Below, piece after piece: positions 16,078 through 16,981 of a stretch of DNA of 16,981 bases. Source of the stretch: Candidatus Bathyarchaeia archaeon (GTDB lineage: Archaea > Thermoproteota > Bathyarchaeia > Bathyarchaeales > Bathycorpusculaceae). Position 1 is the first letter of the stretch, and every line of letters starts with the position of its first letter. Location of the stretch: contig JAVZLM010000013.1 of assembly GCA_038883775.1 (NCBI GenBank), positions 1 through 16,981 on the forward strand, read 5' to 3'. Below the pieces are notes generated by a model. It was not told the DNA's origin, did not search any database, and saw only the letters and a program-made list of their open reading frames with translations. Both the position numbers and the translations under genes were made by a program.

Positions 16078-16264
16078 ACGCAGATACGTGATTAAGCAAA
16101 AAATCTGCAAAACTGCAAGTGTCATGCTAATATGGTGCTATATCCTGGCGATCCTGGAATCGCTAATTTCCAAATCCTTATTTCCCTTACTTCTGGTTTC
16201 CCTATGTGATTATGCCATAACAGTTTTGCCAAGCTTCTTTATCAAAGAAAAAGAGGAAACATAA
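16067..16264 (+). CDS. 65-aa membrane protein with basic N-terminus
   Basis: GGTGA RBS at 16057, then MKTKRRYVIKQKICKTASVMLIWCYILAILESLISKSLFPLLLVSLCDYAITVLPSFFIKEKEET. This is the 3' part of track ORF 15980..16264. Confidence 0.6.
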   Translation: MKTKRRYVIKQKICKTASVMLIWCYILAILESLISKSLFPLLLVSLCDYAITVLPSFFIKEKEET

Positions 16265-16359
16265 TGGATGCATTACAAAGTTTAATCGCTATAGTTATTC
16301 TTGCATTGTTCTTTTTAATTCTACTTGCATTATGCAAAAAGGGATTAGAACCCATATAG
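16264..16359 (+). CDS. 31-aa single-TM peptide
   Basis: MDALQSLIAIVILALFFLILLALCKKGLEPI. TAATG stop/start coupling, with GAGG upstream. Confidence 0.6.
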   Translation: MDALQSLIAIVILALFFLILLALCKKGLEPI

Positions 16360-16584
16360 TTGTTACAAGTGTAGTGTGTAGCGTAGAGGAGGGTTATTTT
16401 TCAGAAAAATTGCTACAACTACACAATTCATTTATGATTTTCATGGAAAAAGACGCAAGCTTAAAACGCTTGCAGTTGTTCGTAGAAATATAATTTTTCC
16501 ACGGTTCAGCTATGAAAGACAAGCACATTTTTACTCAGTTAGGCCTACCCTTTCCGATTAAAAAGTCTAAAAGAAAAAGGGAAG

Positions 16585-16981
16585 TTAAGAGATTTGGGTT
16601 TGAATCTCAGCTATTGCTTTGAACACTCGCTCTTTGAGATCGCATATCAAAGCTGGATTGAAATAGTGTTCCATGAAAACGTTTGAGCTTACTCTTCCCT
16701 GAATGAAATCTATCTCTTCCCTGCGTAAATATTTCGTGTAGAATGTAGCTGCCACTTCTCTAATATCATTGAACCTTAACGTTAATCCTTTCTTTCTAAT
16801 TCTCTCTTCAACTGCATATCTGGAATTTGGCAAAGGATTATTGAAAGCTATCTTTTCAATTAACCCTTTAGGAATGAAACTAATGAATACTTTTTTGCTA
16901 CGTCTAAGAAAAATGTCTTTAAACTTGTAATGCTCTAACGCTTCCTTCTCTTCATTATAATAATCGCTAAGCTTATGCTTC
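16585..16981 (-). CDS. int: SSV1-type tyrosine integrase, catalytic C-terminal fragment (5' end beyond window)
   Basis: Frame is open to the window edge: KHKLSDYYNEEKEALEHYKFKDIFLRRSKKVFISFIP...RFNDIREVAATF...EEIDFIQGRVSSNVFMEHYFNP. It has RxxK, NDIR, IDFIQGR and the catalytic HY typical of archaeal SSV-like integrases. Confidence 0.88.
   Translation of the reverse strand, partial: KHKLSDYYNEEKEALEHYKFKDIFLRRSKKVFISFIPKGLIEKIAFNNPLPNSRYAVEERIRKKGLTLRFNDIREVAATFYTKYLRREEIDFIQGRVSSNVFMEHYFNPALICDLKERVFKAIAEIQTQIS

Larger units (their letters stand above)
13990..16981. mobile_element. small integrated element with SSV1-type split tyrosine integrase, inserted in tRNA-Gly (right boundary outside window)
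   Basis: Int(N) runs into the tRNA and Int(C) lies at the far end on the same strand. Gene content switches abruptly to tiny hypothetical ORFs and RHH regulators. The exact crossover inside the tRNA cannot be determined without the second att copy. Confidence 0.85.

Overview
Archaeal chromosomal window. Gene content and frequent TTG/GTG starts with GGTGA-type RBSs suggest Bathyarchaeia; this is an inference. Positions 1-13.9 kb are housekeeping and metabolic genes: a partial PhoU-type regulator, adjacent F420-dependent Mtd and an NAD(P)-dependent MtdB-like dehydrogenase with an unusual ~255-aa N-terminal extension, several membrane proteins, M42 aminopeptidase, C-GCAxxG-C-C protein, CAAX protease, archease, adenylate kinase, a flavodoxin-like gene broken by one TAA, an HTH protein, an MBL hydrolase, RtcB, and a Zn-finger/DUF protein. 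These are followed by tRNA-Gly(TCC) at 13955-14032. From the tRNA to the window end lies a very small integrated element with an SSV1-type split tyrosine integrase. The N-fragment carries an RHH-like head and reads antisense into the tRNA; the catalytic C-fragment is at the right edge. The ~2.3 kb between them holds only micro-genes (two RHH proteins, a Zn-finger peptide, four translationally coupled membrane peptides, two small unknown proteins), a (GT)n/(CA)n inverted-repeat region and hairpin clusters. No replication or packaging gene is recognisable. Many of these micro-ORFs are missing from the supplied ORF track and were read by hand.
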